Assembly (NCBI GenBank): GCA_963827235.1
Contig: CAWHAE010000014.1
Location: forward strand, 1-64,000
From: an uncultured bacterium
Lineage (GTDB): Bacteria; Chloroflexota; UBA5177; JANWHV01
Direction: 5' to 3'
DNA length: 64,000 nucleotides
A program made the position numbers and the translations under genes. Positions 62,766 through 64,000 of the stretch are shown piece after piece (position 1 is the first letter of the stretch; the number at the start of each line of letters is the position of its first letter). The notes below the pieces were generated by a model. The model searched no databases. It saw only the letters and a program-made list of their open reading frames with translations, and was not told the DNA's origin.

Positions 62766-63664
62766 CAGTGAGTGTGGCACGCTCGTTTCAGGAAGTGAAG
62801 CTCGACACGCCCGCCGTGGTTTCGATAGGAACGTTTGACGGGGTCCATAGGGGGCACCGTTACCTCCTGGAGCAAGCCCGCGATCGGGCCCACGAGCACG
62901 GACTGGCGCTTGTCGTGATCACCTTCGAGCCGTGCCCGGCCGTCGTGCTGCGATCCGATGTGGGTCGCTACCAGATCAGTACTTGGGAGCAGAAGCTGAG
63001 ACTGCTTGAGGACCTGAAGGCGAATCTCGTCGTGCTCCTTCCATTCACTACAGAGCTGTCCCGGCTTACTGCTGACGAATTCCTAGATAGAATCGAAGAG
63101 CGGCTCGACGTCACCGAGCTGTGGTTCGGCGAGGACTTCCGGTTTGGCCATGCCAGGGGCGGCGATCTGGCAATGCTGGTAGAGCGCAGCCGAACGTCGA
63201 AGTTCTCTCTCCATGTGGTTAGCCGGCGAATGGAGGGTAAGGAAAGCATTTCCAGTTCGCGCGTGCGGAGGGTGATTGCCGGCGGCGACGTCGAGGGGGC
63301 ACTTCCCTTGCTCGGATATCCCTTCAGACTGGCGTGCACAAGCGTAGCAGACTGCACAAGTCCCGGAAGCGGCAGCAGTGTGCCGTACTCCGTGTCTCCG
63401 TTCCAGCTTCTTCCCGCGGATGGCGCCTACGCGGTGCTCGCCTCTACAGGCGCTCGCACAACCGCGGTCGTGGTGGGCTCAGGTACGGACGCGCAGGTGG
63501 CCCTAAAGGGCGCAGCGGCGCAATCCTCGCTTGAGCTGGAATTCATAGCCGGGCTGGCGACGCCTGGAGACTATGCCGCCGATCCGGAGGTCTGGGACGC
63601 GAGGGGTCGGGGATTACTGGCAGAATGGCAGCGCCCAATATACGCGCCGATCAGCGACTACTGA
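62762..63664 (+). CDS. ribF: FAD synthetase (RibF N-terminal domain) with an atypical C-terminus
   Basis: IGTFDGVHRGH, TFEP, GEDFRFG, ISSSRVR; kinase PTAN motif not seen. Confidence 0.8.
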   Translation: MTVSVARSFQEVKLDTPAVVSIGTFDGVHRGHRYLLEQARDRAHEHGLALVVITFEPCPAVVLRSDVGRYQISTWEQKLRLLEDLKANLVVLLPFTTELSRLTADEFLDRIEERLDVTELWFGEDFRFGHARGGDLAMLVERSRTSKFSLHVVSRRMEGKESISSSRVRRVIAGGDVEGALPLLGYPFRLACTSVADCTSPGSGSSVPYSVSPFQLLPADGAYAVLASTGARTTAVVVGSGTDAQVALKGAAAQSSLELEFIAGLATPGDYAADPEVWDARGRGLLAEWQRPIYAPISDY

Positions 63665-63757
63665 GTAGTCCCATTGGCGCGATTCAGCTTGCCGGCCGCA
63701 CGGAGCTACTTGCCGGCGACAGAGCGCCTTCGCGCCCCCGATATCAGGAGATCCCAG

Positions 63758-63994
63758 TCAGTGGCAGCCGCACGAGCCGCACGAACCGCCGCTGCAACCG
63801 GCGCAGCCTCCGGACGTGCTTGCCGATTGGTCGCCTTCGTCGGCGCCGCCGACACTGGCAAATGTGGAAACCAGCTTTCGCACCTGCGGGCTGTGGCAGT
63901 GCCTGCAGACTACCGAGTCCGACATCGCGCGTTGCTGCACGAACAACTCGAATCGCCTGGAACAATCAGCGCACTTATACTCGTAGATAGGCAT
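63758..63994 (-). CDS. FmdB-family zinc-ribbon protein
   Basis: MPIYEYKCADC..FE..CRHC, Cys/Gly-rich tail. Confidence 0.9.
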   Translation of the reverse strand: MPIYEYKCADCSRRFELFVQQRAMSDSVVCRHCHSPQVRKLVSTFASVGGADEGDQSASTSGGCAGCSGGSCGSCGCH

Positions 63995-64000
63995 GAATTC

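Overview
High-GC bacterial chromosome segment. The T-box riboswitch, LexA-like boxes and gene content suggest Chloroflexota or a related Terrabacteria lineage; this is inference only. Left core block (1-14 kb): accD/accA, an RluA-family pseudouridine synthase, lspA, homoserine dehydrogenase, a Trp T-box-controlled trpEGDCFBA-aroC-trpS operon and tRNA-Pro(GGG). Right core block (56-64 kb): tRNA-Leu(GAG), nusA-ylxR-infB-rbfA-DHH(nrnA)-truB-ribF and an FmdB zinc-ribbon gene. Between the 3' ends of the two converging tRNAs lies about 42 kb of accessory sequence: GNATs, a truncated rifampin-glycosyltransferase-like gene behind a rifamycin-associated element (RAE), a decayed SPFH/RHH module, a Tm-1-like/PEP-hydrolase/cupin operon, ppk2, two unknown genes with matching SOS-like boxes, TetR/MFS, an AadA-like nucleotidyltransferase, sugar and peptide ABC systems and several gene remnants. 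No integrase, CRISPR array or rRNA was seen. Single-base frameshifts in housekeeping genes (rluD, trpE, trpD, infB, nrnA) are most likely sequencing indels. All product calls come from motif recognition by eye, not from database searches.
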